Shown one piece after another: positions 53,018 to 62,934 of a stretch of DNA of 64,000 bases (position 1 is the stretch's first letter; every line of letters begins with the position of its first letter). A model generated the notes under the pieces. The model worked only from the letters and a program-made list of their open reading frames with translations, was not told where the DNA came from and did not search any database. Made by a program: the position numbers and the translations under genes. Where the stretch lies: NCBI GenBank assembly GCA_946804195.1, contig CAMPEU010000017.1:3533-67532 (forward strand). The letters run 5' to 3'. This DNA comes from an uncultured Candidatus Saccharibacteria bacterium (GTDB taxonomy: Bacteria; Patescibacteriota; Saccharimonadia; Saccharimonadales; Saccharimonadaceae).

Positions 53018-53389
53018 CTACTTCTCCTTGTTTTCAGATGTTTCAGTTTCGCTATCGTCAGAACGACGTGCTCGCTTTTTGTCCTCAGCTAGCAACATAC
53101 GACCTTTTACATCGACGGTTACGAGCAAATAACGCAACACTTCATCAGTGATGTTCAACGTATTGCTGATTTTTAGTGGTGCATCGGATGGCAATTTGAC
53201 ATCAAAGTACACGTAGACCGCAAAGTCTTGGTTATTGATGCGATATGCAAGCTTTTTCTTGCCCCAATTATCTTCGCGTATGATTTCACCACCAGCGTCT
53301 TTGACGATACCCTTGACCTTGTCGAGGGGTTTATCCAGATCTGCTTCTAGATCAGGATGGATTAATACGGTTAATTCGTATTCTTTCAT
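53018..53389 (-). CDS. rpsF: 30S ribosomal protein S6
   Basis: MKEYELTVLIHPDLE... with a GGAGG RBS; conserved rpsF-ssb-rpsR order. The ORF-track start at 53455 is too long. Confidence 0.9.
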   Translation of the reverse strand: MKEYELTVLIHPDLEADLDKPLDKVKGIVKDAGGEIIREDNWGKKKLAYRINNQDFAVYVYFDVKLPSDAPLKISNTLNITDEVLRYLLVTVDVKGRMLLAEDKKRARRSDDSETETSENKEK

Positions 53390-53525
53390 AGATTTCCTCC
53401 CATGGAATCCATTACGGATGCTTGTGCCGAACACAAGCCGAGTTAATAACTTCATTATTATACCTTATACCTCTGTAAATGTCTAGATTAATAGCCCTCT
53501 GATAAAAATTGTGTAAAATAGTACC

Positions 53526-54002
53526 ATGCCAGTACCCGATCAAGTACCCAAATCTCACAATGAACCATCAGAATTGATGCGTCGGCAGAGTGCACTGAAA
53601 ATAATCAAGGAAAAGCTCCCCCGTGCAGTACTCCGCATTCATGAATTTATCGATAACAACGATCAACAACAGATACAGAAAAGAATATACTTAACAAAAA
53701 CTGACGTCAAATTAGATGAATCAAGCGAACCAAAACGTGTCGATTACGTCGCACTTTTTGATTACGCACGACTTCGTATCCTCATTGACCAAGAAAATAG
53801 CATGTTTGCACGTCCCGTTAAAGACGAACCAAGTTACAATGAACTGCAAGAAAAAGGTGCTGATGAATCTGAAATTGTAACCTTTAGTGAGCTCATGAAT
53901 AACAAGCAACGATACACGGTTAATCATTTACTTGATATCGCTCAGAGACTCGATGCTATCCTTCCTGACGAAATGTCAGAAAAAGAAGAAGCCCGCCGGT
54001 AG
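53526..54002 (+). CDS. Hypothetical protein (158 aa)
   Basis: ATG lies 6 nt after TAAAAT. No recognised family. Confidence 0.5.
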   Translation: MPVPDQVPKSHNEPSELMRRQSALKIIKEKLPRAVLRIHEFIDNNDQQQIQKRIYLTKTDVKLDESSEPKRVDYVALFDYARLRILIDQENSMFARPVKDEPSYNELQEKGADESEIVTFSELMNNKQRYTVNHLLDIAQRLDAILPDEMSEKEEARR

Positions 54003-54059
54003 GCGGTCGGTGTAAACCGACGAGTCCTTCCCGGCGAGCTCTTGTGAGTCACCTAATTA

Positions 54060-54923
54060 CTACTGATTTTGTTCGTATTCCTCGCGTGCCATGTCGAATG
54101 CCGGCTGCACATTGTGGTGCATCAAACGTGAGATGACTCCAACTATCGCCGGAAAGTACCGGGCGATTGCCGAATAACGCGGAACACTGGTGTACAAACG
54201 GCGACCTCGAACAGCACGAAGCATTCCGTTAACTGCTTGTTGAGAATCACGTTCCTTATGCCCATACCTAAGCAGAATGTTATCCTTCATTAGCCGTCGT
54301 GGTATAGACTTCTTGAAATTGTCCTCCATTGGACTAGCATGCTCAGAAAGCAACAGCACACCACAACGCGCACCGGTGCCTCGCATTTCAAGGTTACAGC
54401 CCTCGGCTAGCTTGATAGCATGCGCCTTGGACGCGTTATAGGCCATCATCAACGCCAATGGAACAATTCCCCCATTTGATGCGTTGACGAGGCCAAATCT
54501 ACCCTCAGCCTTTATGAAGGGCATACAGACTTGAATGGTGTTATACACACCGGTCTCGTTGACCGCACAAATTCGCCTATAGCGTGCAGGATCGTTCTGA
54601 AAAGTCGTGATGTCGGCCATACCGGCATTTGCTATAAAGACATCAATTCCCCCCATGTAGTAAACTGCTGTTTCGGCGGCAGCCTGCATATCAACCAACA
54701 TTGTCACATCGGCGACGAAGCTGTGAGCAGTAAAACCCTGCGTACTCAGTCGTTGTGCGAATTCACGAACACTCGGTTTGATATCGACGAGAAACACTTC
54801 GGCGCCTTCGGCGACCAAAGCATTGGCGAACAATTCACCAAGCGTATGTTTATCGGGATCATCAGCCGGTGCAGCACCGGTCAAAAACACTCGTTTTCCG
54901 GCGAGTGATTGCCTGTGTACCAT
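54060..54923 (-). CDS. Short-chain dehydrogenase/reductase (SDR) family oxidoreductase
   Basis: GKRVFLTGAA nucleotide-binding start, NAG and YNASKAH (YxxxK) catalytic motifs. Confidence 0.8.
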   Translation of the reverse strand: MVHRQSLAGKRVFLTGAAPADDPDKHTLGELFANALVAEGAEVFLVDIKPSVREFAQRLSTQGFTAHSFVADVTMLVDMQAAAETAVYYMGGIDVFIANAGMADITTFQNDPARYRRICAVNETGVYNTIQVCMPFIKAEGRFGLVNASNGGIVPLALMMAYNASKAHAIKLAEGCNLEMRGTGARCGVLLLSEHASPMEDNFKKSIPRRLMKDNILLRYGHKERDSQQAVNGMLRAVRGRRLYTSVPRYSAIARYFPAIVGVISRLMHHNVQPAFDMAREEYEQNQ

Positions 54924-55031
54924 GTCGCACCTCTTTCTGTATCAGTGTAGACTAGTAAGACTCTGAAAGTACTCTCAGAGCCCACCATCTAAGTTAAACT
55001 AATTACACTCTAAAATCGCTCGAAAGTCAAT

Positions 55032-57245
55032 CTATACTTCGTCGTCTTCGGTGTCGTTACCATCGAGTTGATCGAGGCTTGTTACCAATACGTCACGGGG
55101 CTTGCTATTACCGGTGGATTGGCCGACGATACCTTGTTCTTCCATGGTATCGATATAACGAGCAGCTTTGGCGTAGCCAATACCCAAACGTCGTTGCAGT
55201 AAACTAGCGCTGGCCTTGCCACTGTCTACAACAATTCGTAAGGCTTCTTGGTATGTATGATCGCCGCTAGTATCGGTCGCAAAGTCCATCACAACACCGC
55301 CACGACCGTTCAGTTGAACGGGTTGACTAATAATTTCATCGTTGTATTGTGGTGCAGATTGTAGACGCAAATGATCATTAATTTTGCCGACTTCATCATC
55401 GGTAACCCAGGCGCCTTGCAAACGTTTAGGCTTGCTCATGCTCGGTGTCAAAATCAACATGTCACCCTTACCAAGTAGCTTCTCGGCTCCCGCCTGATCT
55501 AAAATCGTACGACTATCTACCTGACTGGCAACAGTAAATGCAATACGTGCCGGAATATTCGCCTTGATAAGTCCTGTGATGATGTCGACTGAAGGACGCT
55601 GAGTCGCGAGTACTAAATGAATGCCGACAGCACGTGCCTTTTGCGCCAAACGGACCACCAGCGCCTCGACATCACGCGCTGCGACCATCATCAAGTCCGC
55701 TAACTCGTCAATAACAATAACGATGTATGGCATTGCACCGGCTTCTTCGTGTTCCTGCATATTGCCTTCTTCGTCCTTTACCGCAATCTTGCCCTTACCC
55801 GTTTGAATCTTTTTGTTATAGGTCTTGATGTCACGTACTTTTTCAGCAGCCAACAATTTGTATCGACGCTCCATCTCGTTAACGGCCCACTTCAGTGCGC
55901 TAATCGTCTTTTCAGGCTCTGTAATGACAGGAGTCAACAAGTGTGGAATGTCTTCATACGGCGCCATTTCGACTTGCTTTGGATCAACCAAAATCAACTT
56001 CATTTCACTCGGGCTATTATGATACAAAAGACTCGTCAAAAGCGTGTTAATCATGACGGACTTACCACTACCTGTCTGACCAGCAATCAAGAGGTGTGGC
56101 ATCTCGTTCAACTCACCAATTACGGCTTCACCAGAGATGTCACGACCAATCGCAAATGATAGAGGTTCGTGAGCCCCTTCCCACTGCTTAGACGTCAAAA
56201 TACCATGAAGACGCACGTCAGCTGCGCGTCGATTTGGCACCTCGATACCAACTGCCTTTTGGCCAGGAATCGGCGCTTCGATACGCAAACTCTGAGCAGC
56301 AAGATTTAGAGCAATATTCGTTTCAAGTGCGGTGATTCGTGTCAATTTAACACCGCTTGGTGGCTTGAGCGTATATTGCGTCACTTTCGGACCAATATTG
56401 GCACCTTCCATCTCGGCATCAATACTAAATTCGCTCAAGGTATCCTTGATAATTTGCGCATTCTGCGTCACATCACCAGCATCGGCAGGCGCTTGCTTTT
56501 TCTCGAGTAAATCAAGGCTAGGTGACTTCCAGTTCGGGTCACGAATCGAAACTAACGCCGTTTGCTCTTCAGCTGCTTTGTCCTGTTTAACACTGTTACG
56601 AAGCGTTGACCGTGCGCTATCATTTGTCGTCTCGACACCGGCATTCAATTTAAACTCGGCCATTTCTTTCTTTTTGCCATCACCCTCGGATGCTTGCTTC
56701 ATAATCTCGATATTATCGTCATCGAACTTTTCAGTCTGAACCAATTGCCATAATTTTTGGATCAATGCAATTGGTGATACGCGAACAACAAACAATATCG
56801 TAATTAACACTAGCAAGATATATACAAAAACGGCAACCGGACTCTCAACGAGCGCCAAAACGAGTTCATTGAGATTTTGACCAATCCATCCCCCGCTCGA
56901 TGCACCAAAAATCAAACCACAAAGTCCCGCCAACCAAATCAGTAATAAACCCGTAGCCATCTTCATGACCAAAGGAAGCTTGTTCTGCTCGGCTCGAAAA
57001 ACTTCGACAGCGACATAAGTAAACAATAATGGTACTGCGTACACGGAATATCCAATTGTTGCCAGCGTCGCCTGCTGAATCCATTCTAATACTGGACCAC
57101 CGACACCAAACCAAGCAACAATCAGCAAGACTGACACCGCAATCAAAACAAGAGCAATGACTTGTTGCCAAAACCCAGCCGGCAAGACGTGTGATGGTGT
57201 CTCTTTTACGGCTTTTCTTTTTGTTTTTCGTTTACGTTTAACCAT
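55032..57245 (-). CDS. ftsK: DNA translocase FtsK/SpoIIIE
   Basis: N-terminal TM domain, Walker A GQTGSGKS, VIVIDELADLM and a C-terminal gamma wHTH (ASASLLQRRLGIGYAKAARYID). Confidence 0.95.
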   Translation of the reverse strand: MVKRKRKTKRKAVKETPSHVLPAGFWQQVIALVLIAVSVLLIVAWFGVGGPVLEWIQQATLATIGYSVYAVPLLFTYVAVEVFRAEQNKLPLVMKMATGLLLIWLAGLCGLIFGASSGGWIGQNLNELVLALVESPVAVFVYILLVLITILFVVRVSPIALIQKLWQLVQTEKFDDDNIEIMKQASEGDGKKKEMAEFKLNAGVETTNDSARSTLRNSVKQDKAAEEQTALVSIRDPNWKSPSLDLLEKKQAPADAGDVTQNAQIIKDTLSEFSIDAEMEGANIGPKVTQYTLKPPSGVKLTRITALETNIALNLAAQSLRIEAPIPGQKAVGIEVPNRRAADVRLHGILTSKQWEGAHEPLSFAIGRDISGEAVIGELNEMPHLLIAGQTGSGKSVMINTLLTSLLYHNSPSEMKLILVDPKQVEMAPYEDIPHLLTPVITEPEKTISALKWAVNEMERRYKLLAAEKVRDIKTYNKKIQTGKGKIAVKDEEGNMQEHEEAGAMPYIVIVIDELADLMMVAARDVEALVVRLAQKARAVGIHLVLATQRPSVDIITGLIKANIPARIAFTVASQVDSRTILDQAGAEKLLGKGDMLILTPSMSKPKRLQGAWVTDDEVGKINDHLRLQSAPQYNDEIISQPVQLNGRGGVVMDFATDTSGDHTYQEALRIVVDSGKASASLLQRRLGIGYAKAARYIDTMEEQGIVGQSTGNSKPRDVLVTSLDQLDGNDTEDDEV

Positions 57246-57316
57246 TGTTTATATTATATACCCTTTGACTCCCTATTATTATAGCAAAAATTACTACATT
57301 TTGCAAGTGCCGTACC

Positions 57317-59449
57317 CTAGTACGGGCGCGGTTCGGTCGGTGTGCGTAATGCCGGATCAACAGTTTCAGTATCAGGAACTTGTTTTGGCGGGAACCTTTT
57401 TGGTTCGCCACTGCGGAATGGTTTTTGTGGACCTCGCGCTGGACGCTGAGCGTCAGAACGATTTTGACCACCGCCTCCACCACCGATCTCGTTAACCACG
57501 GGAATAACAATTGGTGTACGACGAGTTTGATCATACAGAATGTGTGTAATCTCGTCTTTGATTTCCTTTTTGATTTGATCAGCATCTACCTTGTTGCCAC
57601 CAAAACTACGGGCAACCTTTTGTTTCAAATACTGACGAATCATACCCATCAACTCTTCGCTGTCACGGAGATAAATGAATCCACGACTGATGATATCGGG
57701 ACTGGTCAACAAACGACCACTGCCCTTTTGTACCGTCAAAATAACGATAAACATACCTTCGTTTGCCATATGGATTCGATCCTTTAGCACGACTTCGCTA
57801 ACAATGGCACCGCTGTCGTCATACATGATACCGCCGACCGGAACACGTCCGTTCTTGCGCGCACCATTTGGTGTAATTTCGATAACGTCACCGCTATCGC
57901 AGACAAAGATATTGTCGCGTGGAATCGCACATTCTTTTTCGGCCAATTGAGCATTGTGAACCAACATGTGGAACTCACCGTGAATCGGCATGTAATACGT
58001 CGGGTTCAGTGCTTGAATCAGTTTGACATGATCATCGTAATAACCATGACCAGACAAGTGAATACGTCCGATACCATGAAGGTGCGTCTTGCGGTCGCGA
58101 ATGACTTCGCTACCTTCACGCATCAAACCATCAATAGTACGTACAATGTATTTTTCGTTACCAGGAATAGCGCTAGAGCTAAAGACAATAATGTCAGTAC
58201 TCTTTACCTTGAGATGCTTGTGAGAACCACTAGCCATTCGATTGAGTACTGCATTGAACTCACCCTGTGAACCCGTGCAAAGAATGAGGACTTTGCCATC
58301 AGGTAATTTAACGACGTCTTCCATCTTGACGATTGTGTCTTTTGGAATCTTGATCGTACCCGTGCGCAATGCAACCTCGGTATTTTGAATCATGCTATAG
58401 CCAGCGATCGCAACTTTACGACCATGCTTGTGAGCTTCTTCCATGATAATTTGCAAACGGTGTAACTGGCTGGAAAAAGTCGATACGATCATTCGTTCAT
58501 TTGGATGACGGTCCATAATCTGGCCCATACTCTCTTTGATATCGAATTCACCGTGCTGGTGCGTACCTTCGTCTTCACAGTTCGTACTTTCGTTCATTAG
58601 CAACAAGATACCTTCTTTGGTTGCGATTTCAGTCAATCTTTCAAGATCGAATTTAACGCCATCGACAGGATTCTCTTCGAAACGCCAGTCGCCAGTGTCT
58701 ATCAATACACCTAGTGGCGTACGTATGACAACTGCAGACGCATCAGGAATTGAGTGACAAACTCGGACCAATTCGATATTGAAATTATCACCCAACTGTA
58801 CACGTTCGTGTTTTTCAGGATTAACTTCATGATATTCAGGCTCAAAACCGTCAGTTGATTCTTCCATCGTTCGCTTGAGCATTGCCAATGTAAAACTACT
58901 TGCATACACAGGTGCGCCAAACTTTGACAGAATATGTCGCGCAGCACCAATGTGATCCAGGTGACCATGAGTAAAAATGACGCCACGAATTTTGTGTTTA
59001 TTCTGTTCAAGATAAGAAACATCTGGTGTGATGTAGTTAATGCCTGGATAATCAGCACCCGGGAACATAAAACCACAGTCAATAACAATAATGTCATCTT
59101 CGTATTCGATCGCCATCATGTTCTTGCCAATGCCCATTTCGCCCAAGCCGCCGATAGGCATGACCTTGAGTAGGGGGCCTCGAGTCGGCTTTTGCTTTTT
59201 GGCGTCGGCCAAACTAAATTGTCGACCCTGATATCCGTTATAAACAGACTTATTTACAGGAACATTATTCATGTGCTGTGACGCACGGAGATTGACGTTC
59301 TCTGATGTACGACGCTGAGCGCGAAATACTTCGCCTTTGCGTGTGCTGGTGTTATTAAGCACCGTGTTATTTGATTTCTGTCGTTGCTGCGATGCAGGCC
59401 TTTTGCTCTGATCATCTTGAGCAGCGTTTGAGAGTCTTCGTTGACCCAT
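57317..59449 (-). CDS. rnj: Ribonuclease J (MBL / beta-CASP) with basic low-complexity N- and C-terminal extensions
   Basis: FTHGHLDHIGA (HxHxDH), beta-CASP core, ~100-aa Q/R/N-rich N-terminus and a GGGGGQNRS...RP-rich C-terminus. Confidence 0.9.
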   Translation of the reverse strand: MGQRRLSNAAQDDQSKRPASQQRQKSNNTVLNNTSTRKGEVFRAQRRTSENVNLRASQHMNNVPVNKSVYNGYQGRQFSLADAKKQKPTRGPLLKVMPIGGLGEMGIGKNMMAIEYEDDIIVIDCGFMFPGADYPGINYITPDVSYLEQNKHKIRGVIFTHGHLDHIGAARHILSKFGAPVYASSFTLAMLKRTMEESTDGFEPEYHEVNPEKHERVQLGDNFNIELVRVCHSIPDASAVVIRTPLGVLIDTGDWRFEENPVDGVKFDLERLTEIATKEGILLLMNESTNCEDEGTHQHGEFDIKESMGQIMDRHPNERMIVSTFSSQLHRLQIIMEEAHKHGRKVAIAGYSMIQNTEVALRTGTIKIPKDTIVKMEDVVKLPDGKVLILCTGSQGEFNAVLNRMASGSHKHLKVKSTDIIVFSSSAIPGNEKYIVRTIDGLMREGSEVIRDRKTHLHGIGRIHLSGHGYYDDHVKLIQALNPTYYMPIHGEFHMLVHNAQLAEKECAIPRDNIFVCDSGDVIEITPNGARKNGRVPVGGIMYDDSGAIVSEVVLKDRIHMANEGMFIVILTVQKGSGRLLTSPDIISRGFIYLRDSEELMGMIRQYLKQKVARSFGGNKVDADQIKKEIKDEITHILYDQTRRTPIVIPVVNEIGGGGGGQNRSDAQRPARGPQKPFRSGEPKRFPPKQVPDTETVDPALRTPTEPRPY

Positions 59450-59591
59450 AAATTGTTATTTCTCCTTATTATTTTCTTCTTTTTGAAATTTTCTTATACA
59501 AGGCTCGGGAAGGTCTATTCTGTCGGTTTCCCTAAGTAGTAAGACAATATTATCACACATCTAGCGGAATTGCAAGCGATTCAGCTATTGG

Positions 59592-60167
59592 TTACTCCTT
59601 CATATGTACTTTTGCAGCATGAACAAAATCATCGATTAATGTCTGGCGCAGGCTACCGTTATATAATGCTGCTGCCGGATGGTACAACGGAATAATGAGT
59701 AGCTGACTACCACCAAACTTTATTTTGTACGACCCTCCATGAACGTCACCTATCTTTGCATTAGGCAAAAAATATTCCATGCTGTGACGCCCCAGGGTAA
59801 TCACAACTTTTGGCTGAATAATCTGTAATTGCCGCAATAAATACGGCAAAAATGCCTTTTTTTCTGCAGATGATGGATCACGATTATCTGGTGGGCGGTA
59901 CTTCACAATATTCGTAATGTACACATCACTTCGCTTCATGCCCGCCTCTGCCAACATGGTGTCGAGAAACTTTCCAGCAGCACCAATAAACGGTAATCCC
60001 TGCTCATCCTCTTTTTTGCCAGGCGCTTCTCCAATAAATACGATCTCCGCATCAACGTTGCCATTGCCCATAACTAAATTCTTTGCTTGTGAAGCAAGTT
60101 CAGGGCATATATTGTTATCCAAGATAGCCCTGCGTAGCTCGGTCAGCTCCTCCTGCTTGTTTATCAT
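59592..60167 (-). CDS. Uracil-DNA glycosylase, family 4
   Basis: IVFIGEAPGKKEDEQGLPFIGAAGKFLD (motif A) and HPAAALYN (motif B). Confidence 0.85.
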   Translation of the reverse strand: MINKQEELTELRRAILDNNICPELASQAKNLVMGNGNVDAEIVFIGEAPGKKEDEQGLPFIGAAGKFLDTMLAEAGMKRSDVYITNIVKYRPPDNRDPSSAEKKAFLPYLLRQLQIIQPKVVITLGRHSMEYFLPNAKIGDVHGGSYKIKFGGSQLLIIPLYHPAAALYNGSLRQTLIDDFVHAAKVHMKE

Positions 60168-60188
60168 GAGCTCAGTATAGCAGTCGCT

Positions 60189-61133
60189 CTAGCGTAATAA
60201 GACACCTTTTCGTTGATTCAAGACATCATGCAACTTTTGTAACTTGTCAGAAGGGTTCTGCTTGCTAATGTCAAAATTCAATTCAAGCGTAAGATCTTGA
60301 AGTTTGCCTGATAACGCCACCGTACGTTCGGCAAGCTTAGACAGAACCCCTTGATCTTGAGCACTTTGTGCTACTTGAATTTCCTTAAAGAGATCACTCA
60401 TTTCAAGTAAGGCCTCCTTGTACTCCTGATACCACGTCGAAAGCGAAGGGTCTGGGTACGGATCATCGCTTTTTAACAAATCAATACATTTCTCCGAGAA
60501 ACCACTAGCCCCGCTACCCTCTGAACACACCCTGAAGTGGTCATTGTACATTTTACTGGCGAGCATGACTCTACCCATCTCTGAACCATAATTCTCAAAG
60601 GATTTTTTGAGGCTTTCATACTCCGTTTTTGCAACACCATCGCGAGTAACTACTGGAGATTGCTGCAAGTTTTGCAAGGCTTCGTTATAGCCTTTGGACG
60701 CATCCTCACCCTTTTTTAATTGTTCATCGGTGAAAACTCCATTCTTTACACCTATTTCATCAAAATTCTTCGCTTTATCCTGCAAAGTCTTAACTGCGTT
60801 TGCCGCCTTCACATAATCGGCATCAGGGGTTCTGATGACAAAAAAGTAGGCTGCCGATACCGCCCCAGCCAGCACTAGAACTCCGATAAACGACAAAAAA
60901 ATAACTAGTGGCTTTTTTGATTTTTTCTCTGGAGCAAAAATGTCACGATTAATTGGATTCTGAGGTAAGGAACCGGTTGGTGGAGTGACGGGATTTGATT
61001 CTGTCGCCCGCTCAACTGATACATTGGTCACCAATGATTCGTTACTAGGAGTATTATCTACATCCTGGTCTGGCGAAAAACCTGGCTCGGAATTATTTGT
61101 CGGAGGTTCAGAATAATTATTTTTGTCTTGCAT
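60189..61133 (-). CDS. Hypothetical membrane-anchored extracytoplasmic protein
   Basis: Pro/Asn/Ser-rich N-terminus, one TM (LVIFLSFIGVLVLAGAVSAAYFFVI) and a helical C-terminal region. Confidence 0.55.
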   Translation of the reverse strand: MQDKNNYSEPPTNNSEPGFSPDQDVDNTPSNESLVTNVSVERATESNPVTPPTGSLPQNPINRDIFAPEKKSKKPLVIFLSFIGVLVLAGAVSAAYFFVIRTPDADYVKAANAVKTLQDKAKNFDEIGVKNGVFTDEQLKKGEDASKGYNEALQNLQQSPVVTRDGVAKTEYESLKKSFENYGSEMGRVMLASKMYNDHFRVCSEGSGASGFSEKCIDLLKSDDPYPDPSLSTWYQEYKEALLEMSDLFKEIQVAQSAQDQGVLSKLAERTVALSGKLQDLTLELNFDISKQNPSDKLQKLHDVLNQRKGVLLR

Positions 61134-61269
61134 TAATAAATTTACCTATCTAACTTAATGGGTTGATTCTATCAATTCATTAAAACAAAAGCAATTTAAC
61201 CCCATAAGCTTGTTGCTACGGATAAAATCATTATAATAAGTAGGTAGTATACGTAATGCTAATTACCGT

Positions 61270-62934
61270 ATGACACAAACAACAAAAAACATCAGTCACG
61301 CTACATTTCATCTCGTATTATTTTTGGGAGTTATTCTTTGCGTCGCGCTATTGAAACAATTAGTCGTAGTGCCTGAATCAACCCCAATCACAGTAATTCC
61401 TGAGTCAAAAAGTTATTCAACAACAGAAGTAACGGACGAGTCACAAACTCAAAAAACAAATTCCAGACAGGCAAATGCCGCACCACAAAAGCAACATGCG
61501 AGCTTGGCGCCCGCACAAGACAAAATCAAAGAATCTGTCAAAACTGAATATATATACCGTATGTTCGCCTCACCCAATGACCCCGGCTACGAAAGCACTA
61601 ATTGGTCACTGGCAAAGATAAATGCCGAATCAGCGTGGGATATTGCAACAGGAGACGGATCAACCGTTGTCGCAGTTATTGATAGCGGATTTGCACTGAC
61701 ACACGATGATCTATCTGATCGTTGGTACCAGAACGCTGGTGAAAAAGGCCTTACTCAATCTGGTGACCCCTGCTGGACTGGATCGGCTCAGAATAAATCG
61801 ACTAATAGTTGTGATGACGATGTGAATGGCTATGTTGATGATTGGCGTGGATGGAACTTTGTGATTGGTGATAACAATCCGCAAACAGGTCGCCAAAACT
61901 CAACCGGTGACGGTATTCGTCATGGAACACAAGTATCCGGATTGGTCGGTGCATCCGGCAACAACAGCGCAGGTATCGCAACAATCAACTGGGATACGAT
62001 GATTATGCCCCTACAGGCTCTGGATGATGATGGTATTGGTTACACCAGCGACGTCACTGCGGCAATTTATTATGCAGTGGACAATGGCGCAGACGTCATA
62101 AACCTCAGCCTAGGATCAAACAGCAGCGACCCTGCGGTCCGGACAGCCGTGAACTACGCCGTAAGCAACAATGTCGTCGTTGTTGCGGCAGCTGGCAATT
62201 GCGGTGATGGTACTGGCGACGAGTGCAGTGGCGTTCCAATGGGTGCTATCGGTTATCCAGCCGCCTACCCCGACGTCATCGCAGTAGGAGCAACAACACA
62301 ATCCGACACGCGTGCAGGATTTAGCAGTTACGGACCAGCGCTCGATGTCACGGCGCCCGGTTCAGCGGTGCCAATATCAACATCATGGTCGGCAGACAAC
62401 CAAACGTCACTGTATACCACCAACTTGTACGGCACGTCCTTTTCGTCACCGCTCGTCGCTAGCCTTGTGGCACTCATCAAATCCATCCGCCCATCAACAT
62501 CCGTTGCCGATGTGACCGCACTCATCGATGCAACCGCCTCAAAGCCATCCGGCATGAGTGGCTTGTACTATACGCAAGCGTTCGGCCACGGTATCATCGA
62601 TGCTCAGTCCGCGCTAACAATTGCCACAGCACTCAACTCGACATCAGACACACCAGTATTACTACAGGCAGGCAACCACAAAAATGAACATACAACTGGC
62701 AAAACTTTCGTCCAGAGCAGTGGTTGCGCTACAGCAACAGGAAATCCGTGTACCGTTCAATTCTATCAACCATCGAATGGCTACACACGCTACCTACCCT
62801 ACCAAATCGCAGGCGATGATGGTGCAGGCTGGTCGTGGCAACCAGAATTTATTGATGTCGATAGCTGGGAAATCCGCGCGCGTATCGGCGAAAACGTCAC
62901 CAACACGCCATATATTTTGACTAAAAAGGGTTAA
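61270..62934 (+). CDS. Subtilisin-like serine protease (peptidase S8), membrane anchored/secreted
   Basis: Catalytic triad contexts VAVIDSGF (Asp), HGTQVSGLVGA (His) and GTSFSSPLVA (Ser). Confidence 0.85.
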   Translation: MTQTTKNISHATFHLVLFLGVILCVALLKQLVVVPESTPITVIPESKSYSTTEVTDESQTQKTNSRQANAAPQKQHASLAPAQDKIKESVKTEYIYRMFASPNDPGYESTNWSLAKINAESAWDIATGDGSTVVAVIDSGFALTHDDLSDRWYQNAGEKGLTQSGDPCWTGSAQNKSTNSCDDDVNGYVDDWRGWNFVIGDNNPQTGRQNSTGDGIRHGTQVSGLVGASGNNSAGIATINWDTMIMPLQALDDDGIGYTSDVTAAIYYAVDNGADVINLSLGSNSSDPAVRTAVNYAVSNNVVVVAAAGNCGDGTGDECSGVPMGAIGYPAAYPDVIAVGATTQSDTRAGFSSYGPALDVTAPGSAVPISTSWSADNQTSLYTTNLYGTSFSSPLVASLVALIKSIRPSTSVADVTALIDATASKPSGMSGLYYTQAFGHGIIDAQSALTIATALNSTSDTPVLLQAGNHKNEHTTGKTFVQSSGCATATGNPCTVQFYQPSNGYTRYLPYQIAGDDGAGWSWQPEFIDVDSWEIRARIGENVTNTPYILTKKG